DNA of 64,000 bases. Origin: Nannocystis bainbridge (GTDB lineage Bacteria; Myxococcota_A; Polyangia; Nannocystales; Nannocystaceae). Position numbers and translations under genes: made by a program. The number at the start of each line of letters is the position of its first letter. The stretch's first letter is position 1. The stretch is taken from positions 3,296,001-3,360,000 of the forward strand of contig NZ_JAQNDL010000001.1 in the NCBI RefSeq assembly GCF_028368995.1, given 5' to 3'. The notes beneath the pieces are model-generated. The model had not been told where the DNA came from. It did no database searches and worked only from the letters and a program-made list of their open reading frames with translations. This document shows, piece by piece, positions 26,550 through 36,229 of this stretch.

Positions 26550-27479
26550 ATGCGGCGGCTCTGCAGCGCGGCGCTGGCGGTGGGGCTCTGCCTTGCGGCC
26601 TGCAAGACGGGTCCCAACCTCAGTACGGACTACGGTCAAACTGCGCGCGAGAACTACGAGCTCGCGATCGGTGAGTTCACCGACAAGGACTACGAAGAGG
26701 CGATCCAGTACGCCGACTTCGTCCGGATTCGCTTCCCGTTCAGCCGCTACGCCGTCGAGGCCGAGCTGCTGATCGCCCGCGCCGAGTTCGCCCAGGGCAA
26801 CTACACGACCTCGCAGGACCAGTTCAAGCAGTTCTACAAGCTGCACCCGACGCACAAGCACGTGCTCAACGGCTGGTGCGCGTACATGGCGGCGGTCTCG
26901 GCCTACATGAACGCGCCCGAGGGCTTCTTCCTGATGCCCCCGCACTACCAGCGCGACCAGGACCAGCTGCAGGACGCTCTGGTCGAGCTGGCCTACTTCT
27001 TCGACCACTACCCGAGCAGCCCGATGCACCCGCTGGCGCTCAAGCTGCAGGACGAGGTCCGCCGCCGCCTGCTCGAGCACGAGCTCTACGTCGCCAAGTT
27101 CTACCTCGACCGCGACCGCCCCGAGGCCGCGATCGGCCGGCTCGAGACGGCCCACAAGTCGTACTCGGGCATCGGCCTCGACGCCGAGGTGCTGTTCCTG
27201 CTGGCGCTGACGTACCTGAAGATGGACGAGATCGAGCTGTCGCGGACGACCTTCGCCGAGCTGCAGTCGCAGCACCCGAAGCACCACCACGGCCGCCAGG
27301 CCCGCCTCTACCTCAAGTACATCCAGGACACCTACGGCCCGGCCGACGCCAGCCGCAAGCGCCCCGACCGCAGCCCGCCGCGCCCGGTCGCCCCGCCGCG
27401 GCCCAAGCAGGTCGACGACACCGAGGCCAAGGGCGGCAAGCCGAAGGCGGCCCTCGAGGGCCGCACGGGTTCGCTGTGA
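26550..27479 (+). CDS. bamD: Outer membrane protein assembly factor BamD
   Basis: Lipobox 'LAAC'; 'RFPFSRYA', 'FYKLHPTH', 'EHELYVAKFY'. Confidence 0.85.
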   Translation: MRRLCSAALAVGLCLAACKTGPNLSTDYGQTARENYELAIGEFTDKDYEEAIQYADFVRIRFPFSRYAVEAELLIARAEFAQGNYTTSQDQFKQFYKLHPTHKHVLNGWCAYMAAVSAYMNAPEGFFLMPPHYQRDQDQLQDALVELAYFFDHYPSSPMHPLALKLQDEVRRRLLEHELYVAKFYLDRDRPEAAIGRLETAHKSYSGIGLDAEVLFLLALTYLKMDEIELSRTTFAELQSQHPKHHHGRQARLYLKYIQDTYGPADASRKRPDRSPPRPVAPPRPKQVDDTEAKGGKPKAALEGRTGSL

Positions 27480-28705
27480 GCCGCGAGCCCGACGACGCAC
27501 CTGTCCCCGCGGACAGCCACGAGCCGGCTGTCTCGAAGGACAGCTCATCTGTCTCCGAGGACAGCGGGGAGTCTCCTGTCTCCGAGGACAGCCGACCCGA
27601 GCGGGCCGACCGGCGCCGCGAAGGCGAAGCCCCGGCCCGCCGCGGCCTGTCCGAGGCCGACCTCGAGCTCCTGCGCGAACCCCCGCTGCAGACCGCCGAC
27701 CTGCCCGGCGTCGGCGGCGCCATCCGCTCGCGGCCCGAGGACTTTCACGTCCGCGAGGTCCCGGCCTACGACCCCGACGGCCGGCCGAACGCGCACGTGC
27801 TGCTGCTGCTGACCAAGCGCGGCGTCGGCAGCGAGGACGCGATCGCCGAGGTCGCGCGCCAGCTGGCGATCCCCCGCGCCGAGCTCGGGCTCGCCGGGCT
27901 CAAGGACAAGGACGCGGTCACCGAGCAGTGGATCTCCCTGCCGGCCGCCGCCGCCGCGCGCCTCGAGCAATTCGTCCATTCGGACATATCCCTCGGGACA
28001 GCTCACCCGCACGGCAACAAGCTGCGCCGCGGCCACCTGCGCGGCAATCGCTTCACCATCGTCGTGCGCGACCTGGCCGTACCCGTCGACGAGGCGCTGG
28101 CCCGCTGCCAGGCCAAGGTCGAGCGCCTGCGCGCGCTCGGCGGGCTCGACAATCTCTACGGCGAGCAGCGGTTCGGCAGTGACAATTTGGCGCGAGGCCT
28201 CGCCGCTCTGGCGCGCGGGCGCCGGCGCGGTCGCGCCGACTTCCTGCTCAGCGCCGGCCAGTCGGCGCTGTTCAACCTCTACCTGCTCGAGCGGCGCGCC
28301 CGCGGCCTCATGCGCGAGGTCCTGCGCGGCGACATCCTGAAGAAGACCGCCACCGGCGGCCTGTTCGAGTGCACCGACCCGGCCACCGACAAGGCCCGGC
28401 TCGATGCCGGAGAACTCGGCATCACCGGGCCGATGTTCGGCAGCAAGATGCGCGCGCCGGGCCCGGACACCCCCTCCGGCGCCCTGGAGGCGGAGATCCT
28501 GGCGCGCGCGGAGATCGACCTGACGACGCTGCAAGCCTTGGGTCACACGCTCGAGGGGACGCGGCGGCCGCTGCAGATCGCGCCGCTCGCGGTCGACATC
28601 GAGGTCGCGCGCGACGACTTCGGCCCCGGGATCTCCCTCAGCTTCGAGCTGCCCTCCGGGAGCTACGCGACGGCCCTCCTGCGCGAGCTTCAGCGCCCGG
28701 TCTGA
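27476..28705 (+). CDS. truD: tRNA pseudouridine(13) synthase TruD
   Basis: 'PEDFHVREV', 'AGLKDKDAVTEQW', 'GHLRGNRF', 'YGEQRFG', 'FELPSGSYAT'; GTG overlaps the bamD stop. Confidence 0.92.
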   Translation: MSREPDDAPVPADSHEPAVSKDSSSVSEDSGESPVSEDSRPERADRRREGEAPARRGLSEADLELLREPPLQTADLPGVGGAIRSRPEDFHVREVPAYDPDGRPNAHVLLLLTKRGVGSEDAIAEVARQLAIPRAELGLAGLKDKDAVTEQWISLPAAAAARLEQFVHSDISLGTAHPHGNKLRRGHLRGNRFTIVVRDLAVPVDEALARCQAKVERLRALGGLDNLYGEQRFGSDNLARGLAALARGRRRGRADFLLSAGQSALFNLYLLERRARGLMREVLRGDILKKTATGGLFECTDPATDKARLDAGELGITGPMFGSKMRAPGPDTPSGALEAEILARAEIDLTTLQALGHTLEGTRRPLQIAPLAVDIEVARDDFGPGISLSFELPSGSYATALLRELQRPV

Positions 28706-28779
28706 GCACGCGTGCGCCCGCGTCGCCGGTGAACACTGGCCGTTTCGCGCCGGCTGGGCTACGGTTCGCCGGCCCACCA

Positions 28780-29436
28780 ATGAAGCTCTCGGAAAAATTC
28801 CTCGAGCTCTCGGCTGTCGGCTCCGAGTGGATCCTCTGGATCCTCGTCGGGCTCTCCGTCGTGAGCGTGGCCGTGATGATCGAGCGCCTGATCTTTTACT
28901 CGGGCGTCCAGGGGCGCGACTCGGCGCTGGTCCGGGCGCTCCACGCCGCGCTGGCCGACCGCGACCTCGCCAAGGCGCAGGAGCTGCTGCGCGGCGCCAA
29001 CGGCCCGGGGGCCCGGATCGCCGCGCAGATGCTCGAGACCAGCCAGCGCGGCACCGGCTCGATGGCCGCGATCATGGCCGCGCTGCGCCCCGGCGAGAAG
29101 CTCCGGCTCGAGCGCAACCTCAACTTCCTCGGCACCGTCGGCTCGAACTCGCCGTTCATCGGCCTGCTCGGCACGGTGCTCGGCATCATCGAGACCTTCC
29201 GCGCCATCGAGCGCTCGGGCGTGATGGGCAGCGCCGAGTACTCGAACGCGGTCATGGCCGGCATCTACGAGGCGCTGGTCGCCACCGCCGTCGGCCTCAT
29301 CGTCGCCATCCCGGCCGTCATCGCCTTCAACTTCTTCCAGCGCCGCGTCAAGGCGCTGCTGGGCGAGGCCGACGCGCTCACCAACATGGTGCTGTCGCTG
29401 TCGGGCTCGGGCGACGACACCAAGCGCGCCCACTGA
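28780..29436 (+). CDS. MotA/TolQ/ExbB proton channel protein
   Basis: 'LGTVGSNSPFIGLLGTVLGI', 'EALVATAVGLIVAIPA'. Confidence 0.92.
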   Translation: MKLSEKFLELSAVGSEWILWILVGLSVVSVAVMIERLIFYSGVQGRDSALVRALHAALADRDLAKAQELLRGANGPGARIAAQMLETSQRGTGSMAAIMAALRPGEKLRLERNLNFLGTVGSNSPFIGLLGTVLGIIETFRAIERSGVMGSAEYSNAVMAGIYEALVATAVGLIVAIPAVIAFNFFQRRVKALLGEADALTNMVLSLSGSGDDTKRAH

Positions 29437-29464
29437 GCCGGGCTTCGCAGGGGGACTCCACGCC

Positions 29465-29905
29465 GTGGCCGCCGACACCAATCAGGACGACGAAGAGGGC
29501 ATCAACAGCATCAACGTCACCCCGCTGGTCGACGTCATGCTCGTGCTGCTGATCATCTTCATGGTCACCACCACGAAGATCCAGGAGTCCGAGGCGCTGT
29601 CGATCGACAAGCCCGACGCGCAGACCGGGCAGAAGCTCGAGCCCAAGCAGCACCACATCCTGCTGACCTGCGCGAAGGACGGCCGGCTCGAGGTCGACCA
29701 CAAGCCGGTCGACGGCGACGCCGCGATCAAGGAAGCGATCACGCGCAAGCTGGCCGAGGGCCGCGACCTCCAGGGCGTCATCCAGTGCGACGAGGAGGCC
29801 CAAGTCAAGTCGATGATCCACCTCGTCGACCTGCTGCGCGACGCCGGCGTCAAGAAGTACGCCATCGCCACGGAGAAGCCCAAGGCCGCTCCCGCCCCGT
29901 CCTGA
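29465..29905 (+). CDS. ExbD/TolR family protein
   Basis: 'INVTPLVDVMLVLLIIFMV'. Confidence 0.92.
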   Translation: MAADTNQDDEEGINSINVTPLVDVMLVLLIIFMVTTTKIQESEALSIDKPDAQTGQKLEPKQHHILLTCAKDGRLEVDHKPVDGDAAIKEAITRKLAEGRDLQGVIQCDEEAQVKSMIHLVDLLRDAGVKKYAIATEKPKAAPAPS

Positions 29906-29917
29906 GCGAGCACTGCG

Positions 29918-30718
29918 ATGCGCCTCGGCGGCAGCCTCCTGTCTCGGTCCGGCTCCGGTGCGTTCGGCTCGCTCGGGCTCCACGCCGTGCTGGCGCTGCT
30001 GCTGTCGTATCTGTCGGTCGAGCCGCCGCTGCCCGAGGAGCCGCGCATCGACATCGTCGAGTTCGAGATCCCCGAGCCCGAGCCCGAACCGGAGCCCGAG
30101 CCCGAGCCTGAGCCCGAGCCCGAGAAGCCGCAGGAGACCCCGCCCGAGCCGCAGCCGGTGCCCGAGGTCCGCAAGGACGAGCCCCCGCCCAAGCCGCGGC
30201 CCAAGGCCAAGGCCGACCCGCAGCCGCAGGCCGAGGCCGACGAGGCCCCGCCGCCGCTGCGCATGGACGCCAGCCAGACCACCACCACCGGCAACAGCGG
30301 CGTGAAGATCGGCGTCGGCACCCCCGGCGGCACCCCCGGCGGCACCGGCAGCCCCGACTCCAAGGGCAAGGGCGGCAGCCCCAAGGGCACCCCCGGCGGC
30401 ACCGGCGACGGCGGCCCGACCTGGGAGCCGCGCGGCGAGCTCTACATCCGCGAGCTGCCGGCCGTCATCAACGTGCCGCAGGAGCAGTGCCCGGCCGTCC
30501 AGGAGCTCGGCATCGAGGGCGTCGTCATCCTCACCGTCCAGGTCCGCCGCGACGGCTCGGTCAAGGACGTCAAGGTCGCCAAGGACATCGGCCACGGCTG
30601 CGGCAAGATCGCCGCCAAGGCCCTGCGCAAGGCCAAATTCCGGCCCGCGCTCGCCACCAACGGCCAGCCCGCCGACTTCGAGCTGCGCTACGAATACGAG
30701 TTCCAGCTCGGCGACTGA
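29918..30718 (+). CDS. TonB family energy transducer
   Basis: N-terminal TM with 'SLGLH', (EP)n tract, TonB_C 'GIEGVVILTVQVRRDGSV...FRPA'. Confidence 0.88.
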   Translation: MRLGGSLLSRSGSGAFGSLGLHAVLALLLSYLSVEPPLPEEPRIDIVEFEIPEPEPEPEPEPEPEPEPEKPQETPPEPQPVPEVRKDEPPPKPRPKAKADPQPQAEADEAPPPLRMDASQTTTTGNSGVKIGVGTPGGTPGGTGSPDSKGKGGSPKGTPGGTGDGGPTWEPRGELYIRELPAVINVPQEQCPAVQELGIEGVVILTVQVRRDGSVKDVKVAKDIGHGCGKIAAKALRKAKFRPALATNGQPADFELRYEYEFQLGD

Positions 30719-31024
30719 GCCGCCGGCGACTCGCGCATCCCCGCGGCGCGAGTGATTCGGCCGCATCGACCTGGGGACCCGCGCCCGCCGGCGATCGCAC
30801 GTCCTCGCAGCCGCGTCCTGGACCCGGCCATGCGCGCGCTCGCGGCCGCCGATTGCTCCTCGCCGGCGATCGGCGCTATCGTCCGGGCCGCCGTGCCGCG
30901 CGCGCTCCGTCCTCACGACCTCGGTCCGTCCGCTGCGGCCCGCCGCGCCCGGCTCTCCCGCCTGTCCCTCGGGACATGTCTCTCCGGCCCGCCCGCCGCT
31001 GCCGGGCACGCCCCGGTCTCTCAC

Positions 31025-32218
31025 ATGTCCCTCCGGACATGTCCCTCCGGCGCGTCCGCTCGGGCCCGGCTCCCCTTTATCCTGGCTCTCGGGACATGTC
31101 TCTTCGGACTGGCCTGCGCCTCCGACCTGCCCGTCGGCCAGCGGGTCGCCGGCCCGCGCATCCTCGCCCTGCGCAGCGAGGTCGTCACCCCGCTGTTCCC
31201 TGACGACGAGCCCGCCGACGCGGGCGCCCGCTGCGAGGCCCTGCCGTTCGAGAAGGTGCGCGTCACCCCCTTCATGGTCGAGCCGACCGGCGTCCTCGAC
31301 ATCGCCGGCCCGGACTTCGACCCGATCTGGATCGCCTGCCAGCTCGGTCCGGCCCAGGGTCTGTTCGCCTGCCTGCGCGCCGCCGTCCCGCTCGACCTCG
31401 ACGACCTCGAGGAGTGCCCCGTCCCCAGCTTCGCCGACCTCGACCCGAACGCCACCGAGCTGCCGCAGTACCCGAGCCCGTGTCGCCTCCCCGACGACGG
31501 CGGCGCCCCCGGCAGCATCGAGTTCGTCGCCCCGTTCGCCGCCAACCTCCTGCTCGGCGGCGACCTCGAGCTGACCATGATCAGCCGCGCCCCTGGATCG
31601 CCGAGCACCCGCGAGTGCGCCGTGGCCATGCTGAGCAAGGCCGCGGACCTGCCGAACGCGTGCATCTACGCCGTCACCCGCGTCTCGGTCGGCCCGATCG
31701 AGAAGCTGCTCGCGTTCGCCGGCATGTTCGGCTTCGACCTCCCGCCCGAGCTCGGCGAGGTCCCTGACCCGAAGGACATCCCCGACGGCGACCGCAACCC
31801 GCGGATCGCCAGCTTCCGCGTCACCGTCCTCGACCCCGACACCGACGAGGCCACCGATCTCGGCGAGCTCCCGCGCGGCGCCACCGTCCCGATAAGGCGC
31901 GGCCAGACCATCCAGGTCGACACCGAGACCCCGGCCCACGACCTCCAGACCTATACTGTCCCGATCAACGCCGGCGTCGGCGGCACCGGCAGCGAGATCC
32001 AGACCGAGCGCATCGACGGCTCCTGGTACCGCACCTGGGGCACCCTGCTCGCCGGCGGCAGCGACGACCGCGTCGCTTTCAATCAATGGACCATGCGCAA
32101 GGGCGAGCAGGACGAGGGCGAGCTCCCGCCCGACGGCCGCGCCACCCTGTTTTATGTCCTGAGGGACAGCCGACTCGGCGTCGACTGGTGGTGGCTCGAG
32201 GTCGAGGTCGAGCCCTGA
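31025..32218 (+). CDS. Hypothetical lipoprotein
   Basis: 'LFGLAC' lipobox, 'PRILALRSE' and 'VLRDSRLGVDW' motifs, coding-type codon bias; start uncertain (30752-31025). Confidence 0.7.
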   Translation: MSLRTCPSGASARARLPFILALGTCLFGLACASDLPVGQRVAGPRILALRSEVVTPLFPDDEPADAGARCEALPFEKVRVTPFMVEPTGVLDIAGPDFDPIWIACQLGPAQGLFACLRAAVPLDLDDLEECPVPSFADLDPNATELPQYPSPCRLPDDGGAPGSIEFVAPFAANLLLGGDLELTMISRAPGSPSTRECAVAMLSKAADLPNACIYAVTRVSVGPIEKLLAFAGMFGFDLPPELGEVPDPKDIPDGDRNPRIASFRVTVLDPDTDEATDLGELPRGATVPIRRGQTIQVDTETPAHDLQTYTVPINAGVGGTGSEIQTERIDGSWYRTWGTLLAGGSDDRVAFNQWTMRKGEQDEGELPPDGRATLFYVLRDSRLGVDWWWLEVEVEP

Positions 32219-32429
32219 GCCGCGACCCCGCGAAAGGCGCCGACCGGGTCCGGGCCCGCGATCGACGGCCACGCGGCCTGGACCTGGCTCACGCGCTCGC
32301 GGCGACCCCCTGTCGCGCCCGATAGTTTCAGCCCGCCGTCCCGCCTGCGGCCCGGCTCCGCAGGAGCCTCCTGGCCAGGCCCTGCGCCGACGGCTGCGCG
32401 GGGCTCCAGCCCGGCCACCGACCCGGGAG

Positions 32430-34394
32430 GTGCCGCTTGACCCCGCCGGCCCCGGGCGTTACTTCCCCTCTGGATCCGTGCTGGGCCTCACCGTAACCGT
32501 GCTCGCCGCCCTGCTCGACGCCCCCGCGCCGGGCACCCTCGACCCGAACACCGGCATGCCCGTGGATGTTCAGCAGCGGGCCAACCCGCCGCCGGTCGAG
32601 GCCCGTCCGGCGCCCGGCGTCAACTTCGGCCAGTCGCCCACCAGCGTCACGCCGCCGGCGACCCGGCCCCCGACCTCCTCCGATCCCAGCGCCCCGCGCA
32701 CCCCGTTGATGCGGCCGCGGCCCGAGGCTGCCCCGACGAACATGCCCCCGGGGACAGGTCCTTCGGACCAGGCGACGCAGCCCAGCGCGCCTGCCCCCGA
32801 CCCGGCCAGCCTCTACCCGCTGTCGTTCGCGGCCGAGTCGCTGTCGCTCAGCGACGTGCTGAAGAGCGCCCTCGACGGCAACATCGACCTGCGCAACAGC
32901 GCGATCGACATCGCCATCACCGAGAAGCAGATCACCGCCGCGCTCGGCGCCTACGACGTGTTCTTCCTCGCCGGCGCGACCGCCAGCAAGGCCGTCACGC
33001 CTCAGCGTGGTTCGCAGCTGACCTTCAACGTCGGCCAGCAGCAGCTGTCCGGCAACTTCGGCTTCGAGCGCAAGCTCGAGTCGGGCGGCACGGTCAACTT
33101 CACCGTCACGACCACCCGCAGCTCGACCCTGCAGCCGCTCAACATCCAGAACGCGGCCGCCGGCGTCCGCTCGCTCAACGCGTACTTCGTCTCGCCGAGC
33201 CTGACGCTGACCCATCCGCTGCTGCGCAACGCCGGCGTGCGGGTCAACCGGGCCGACATCGACCGGGCCCGGATCGCGCGCACGCAGATGGAGGCCAACC
33301 AGCTGCAGATGGCGCAGACGGCCATCCACGACATCATCCTCGCCTACTGGGATGTCCTGTTCGCCTCGCGCGACCTCGAGAACAAGCGCCGCAGCGCCTC
33401 CACCACCTCCGAGCAGCACCGCCGCGTCAAGGCCGAGGTCGCGGCCGGTCGCAAGTCGCAGCTCGACCTCGACACCATCTATCAGTCTCTCGTCGCGCGC
33501 GAGAACGAGGTCGTGCTGGCCGAGAACACCCTGCTCGACCGCAGCCTGACCCTGCGGCAGTTCATGGGCCAGGACTTCTCGGGCCGCAAGGTCCTCGGCG
33601 TGCTGCCGCAGACCGACCCGCAGGCCCTCGCGCCGCGGGAGATCGACCTCGAGGGCGAGATCAAGAAGGCGTTCCAGGCCAACCCGCAGCTGCGCTCGCT
33701 CGAGATCGGCATCGCCAGCCGCCGCGTCGACGAGCTCGTGGCCGCCAACGCTCGCCTGCCGATCCTCGACTTCCGGTTCCAGTTCGCCCCCCAGGGCCGC
33801 AGCATCGACCAGATCGCCAACGTCGACACCGGCATCTCCGCCAAGCGGGCCTCGTGGCCCGAGGCGTTCCAGAACTTCTTCACCGCCACCGACGTCGCCA
33901 AGGTCAACTTCAACACCGGCCCGTTCGCCGACTTCAACATCAGCGGCTCGCTCAACTTCAACTTCGACATCCAGGGCCGCACCCCGAAGGCCAACCACGA
34001 GCGCGTGGTCCTCGAGATCCGCAAGGCCGAGTACAACCTGCAAAAGTCGCAGCAGCAGATCTCGATGTCGGTCATCCGCTCGGTCAACGCCATGCGGACC
34101 GCCAGCGCGCGCCTCACGATCACGAGCGAGGCCGTGCGCCTGGCCGAGTCGAACCTGCGCGCCGAGGAGGCCCGCTTCCGCGTCGGCCGCTCGACCAGCT
34201 ACGACGTGCTGTTCCGCCAGGACGAGCTCGCCCTGGCCCAGTTCAACGCCCTCTCGGCCCAGATCGACTACCTGCGCGCGACCGTCGAGCTGCAGACCCT
34301 CACCGGCCAGCTGCTCCCGTCCTACGGCCTCGAGCTGTCCGGCGCCGCCGCCCCGCGCCAGAGCTCCAGCCCCACCGGCGGCCGCTACCGCTGA
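32430..34394 (+). CDS. TolC family outer membrane protein with Pro-rich N-terminal extension
   Basis: 'LSLSDVLKSALDGNIDL', 'LTHPLLRNAG', 'AEEARFRVGRST'; two OEP-like repeats. Confidence 0.85.
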   Translation: MPLDPAGPGRYFPSGSVLGLTVTVLAALLDAPAPGTLDPNTGMPVDVQQRANPPPVEARPAPGVNFGQSPTSVTPPATRPPTSSDPSAPRTPLMRPRPEAAPTNMPPGTGPSDQATQPSAPAPDPASLYPLSFAAESLSLSDVLKSALDGNIDLRNSAIDIAITEKQITAALGAYDVFFLAGATASKAVTPQRGSQLTFNVGQQQLSGNFGFERKLESGGTVNFTVTTTRSSTLQPLNIQNAAAGVRSLNAYFVSPSLTLTHPLLRNAGVRVNRADIDRARIARTQMEANQLQMAQTAIHDIILAYWDVLFASRDLENKRRSASTTSEQHRRVKAEVAAGRKSQLDLDTIYQSLVARENEVVLAENTLLDRSLTLRQFMGQDFSGRKVLGVLPQTDPQALAPREIDLEGEIKKAFQANPQLRSLEIGIASRRVDELVAANARLPILDFRFQFAPQGRSIDQIANVDTGISAKRASWPEAFQNFFTATDVAKVNFNTGPFADFNISGSLNFNFDIQGRTPKANHERVVLEIRKAEYNLQKSQQQISMSVIRSVNAMRTASARLTITSEAVRLAESNLRAEEARFRVGRSTSYDVLFRQDELALAQFNALSAQIDYLRATVELQTLTGQLLPSYGLELSGAAAPRQSSSPTGGRYR

Positions 34395-34403
34395 GTCTCC
34401 GCC

Positions 34404-34685
34404 TGTCCCTTCGAACAGGCGCACTGGCCGCAGAAAAACCTGTCTCTTCGGACAGACCGGAGAACCATCTCCGCCTCGCGCGACCGTCCCTTCGGACAGA
34501 CCGCGCGAGCCGCCACCGCCTCGCGCGGTCGTCCACTCTGTCCCTTCCGACAGGCCCGGCGAGCCGCGACCGCTGGCGGTCATCCCCCTCGACGAGGATG
34601 GCTGCGGCCGCGTCTTTCGAACAGGCGAAGCGAATCGCCCCGCCTCCTCGCACACGGTCGCTACAGTCACATGTCTCTTCGGACA
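34404..34685. repeat. Dispersed cluster of TGTC(C/T)CTTC(G/C)GACA units downstream of the TolC gene
   Basis: Copies near 34404, 34441, 34485, 34539 and 34672. Confidence 0.7.
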
Positions 34686-35008
34686 GACGACACTGCGACC
34701 TCTCTCCCGCGGGTGACGGTCGCCCCGAACCGTCCCGGAGCAGCGACCGCGGGCCTGGGCTCCAGAGCCCTCCCCGGGCGGCTGGCCGGCTGGCGAAGAC
34801 GCGCAGCGCCGGCCCCGCGCTCGCCGCTGTCCGATCTCCCGCGGCCTGGCCTCTCGCTGGACCTGGGCCTGCGAGATCTCCGGCTCGCCGCGCCCGGGCC
34901 GCCCAGGCGCGGCGTCCGCCGGCTCTGGGGCGTGCGCTCGGCTTGTTTCGTCGGCGCCGCTCGTGCTAGGTTGCTGCGTGCTCGCCCACGGGCGCCTGGA
35001 GAGCAGCC

Positions 35009-35260
35009 ATGTCCGCTACTGAAATCGCCGACAACAAGTGGGAGCTCGAAGCTTCCAAGCCCCCGGTCTCCGACGTCGGAGGCATCCTCCAAATCGTCGT
35101 CGTCGGGGCTTTCACCCTGATGTTCGCCTGGATGATGTTGTTCACCTTCCAGGGCATCTTCGGCAGCAAGCGCGAGAGCCTCGCCGATCAGTACGGAAAC
35201 CTGACCGTCGACGGCAAGAAGAAGGAGCCGGCGCCCGCACCGGCGCCCGCCGCCGAGTAG
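35009..35260 (+). CDS. Small single-TM membrane protein
   Basis: GGAG upstream, coding-like composition, one hydrophobic helix. Confidence 0.65.
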   Translation: MSATEIADNKWELEASKPPVSDVGGILQIVVVGAFTLMFAWMMLFTFQGIFGSKRESLADQYGNLTVDGKKKEPAPAPAPAAE

Positions 35261-35281
35261 CTTCCGGGCGCCGACCGGCGC

Positions 35282-36016
35282 CTAGCGAATGCCGATGAAC
35301 GCGAGCATCTGCCCGATGCCCGCGCCGTCGCGGCGATAGCTGAAGTACTGCTCCGGGTGCTGGCAGGTGCACCCGCCGACGCGTTCGATGCTGTCCTTCG
35401 GGACACCTGCCGCCACCAGCTGAGCCCGGACTGCCGCCACCAGATCGACGTGTGGCCGCGCTCCGGGCTCTCGGCGTACGTGCTCCGCTGCGAATTGGTC
35501 CGCGACCTCCTCGCCGACCTCGAACGCCTCGACCTCGATGCACGGACCGATCGCCGCGATCAGCTGTGACGGCTCGACCCCATCGTCTTTCAGCGCCGCC
35601 ACCGTCGCCCCGACCACGTTCGCCACCGTCCCGCGCCAGCCGCTGTGGATCGCTGCCACTGCCGTCGCCGCGCGATCGGCCAGCAGCACCGGCACGCAGT
35701 CGGCCGTCATCACCCCGACCACGAGCGGCCCGTCGCCCGCGCGGGCCCACAGCGCGTCGCCCTCCGCGCCGGTCGTCAACGCCGACGCGCGCCACGCCGT
35801 CGCCCCGTGGACCTGCCGCACCAGCCGCAGCTGCTCCGGCGCGAAGTCACCGGCCGCCGCCACCCGGCGCAGGTTCTCGTCGACGTTGCCCGGCTCGTCG
35901 CCCCAGCGACGACCGAGGTTGAGGCTCTCGAAGCGCCCGCGACTGACGCCGCCGTTGCGATCGGTGAAGCCGTGGACGAGGCGTGGGGAGGCGAACAGCG
36001 CGGCGCGGGCGAGCAC
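35282..36016 (-). CDS. pgeF: Peptidoglycan editing factor PgeF / YfiH family (purine nucleoside phosphorylase-like)
   Basis: 'HGFTDRNGGVS', 'QVHG', 'TADCVPVLL', 'HSGWRG', 'IGPCI', 'FSYRRDG'. Confidence 0.9.
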   Translation of the reverse strand: MLARAALFASPRLVHGFTDRNGGVSRGRFESLNLGRRWGDEPGNVDENLRRVAAAGDFAPEQLRLVRQVHGATAWRASALTTGAEGDALWARAGDGPLVVGVMTADCVPVLLADRAATAVAAIHSGWRGTVANVVGATVAALKDDGVEPSQLIAAIGPCIEVEAFEVGEEVADQFAAEHVRREPGARPHVDLVAAVRAQLVAAGVPKDSIERVGGCTCQHPEQYFSYRRDGAGIGQMLAFIGIR

Positions 36017-36229
36017 CCAGACCTCTTAGGGTCCCCCGCCGTCGAGCGCAACAATCCGGGCGGTCGCGCGGCTCGATGCATGTGCCTCGCCACTTCGAGC
36101 CCGTTGATTCTCCCTGCTCCCGCCCCGGCGAGCGCGACGCTCGGCGTGGGCTCGGCCCTCGAGCGCTCCTCGAGGTCGCGTCCTGCGAGCCTCACCCTGC
36201 CGCCGACCGGCACCTCTGGCGAACGAGCC

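Noticed and set aside
30733-30750. GCGCATCCCCGCGGCGCG resembling the CRISPR repeat
   Set aside because: Single partial copy within a hairpin just after the tonB-like stop; more likely a terminator-like stem or a chance match.
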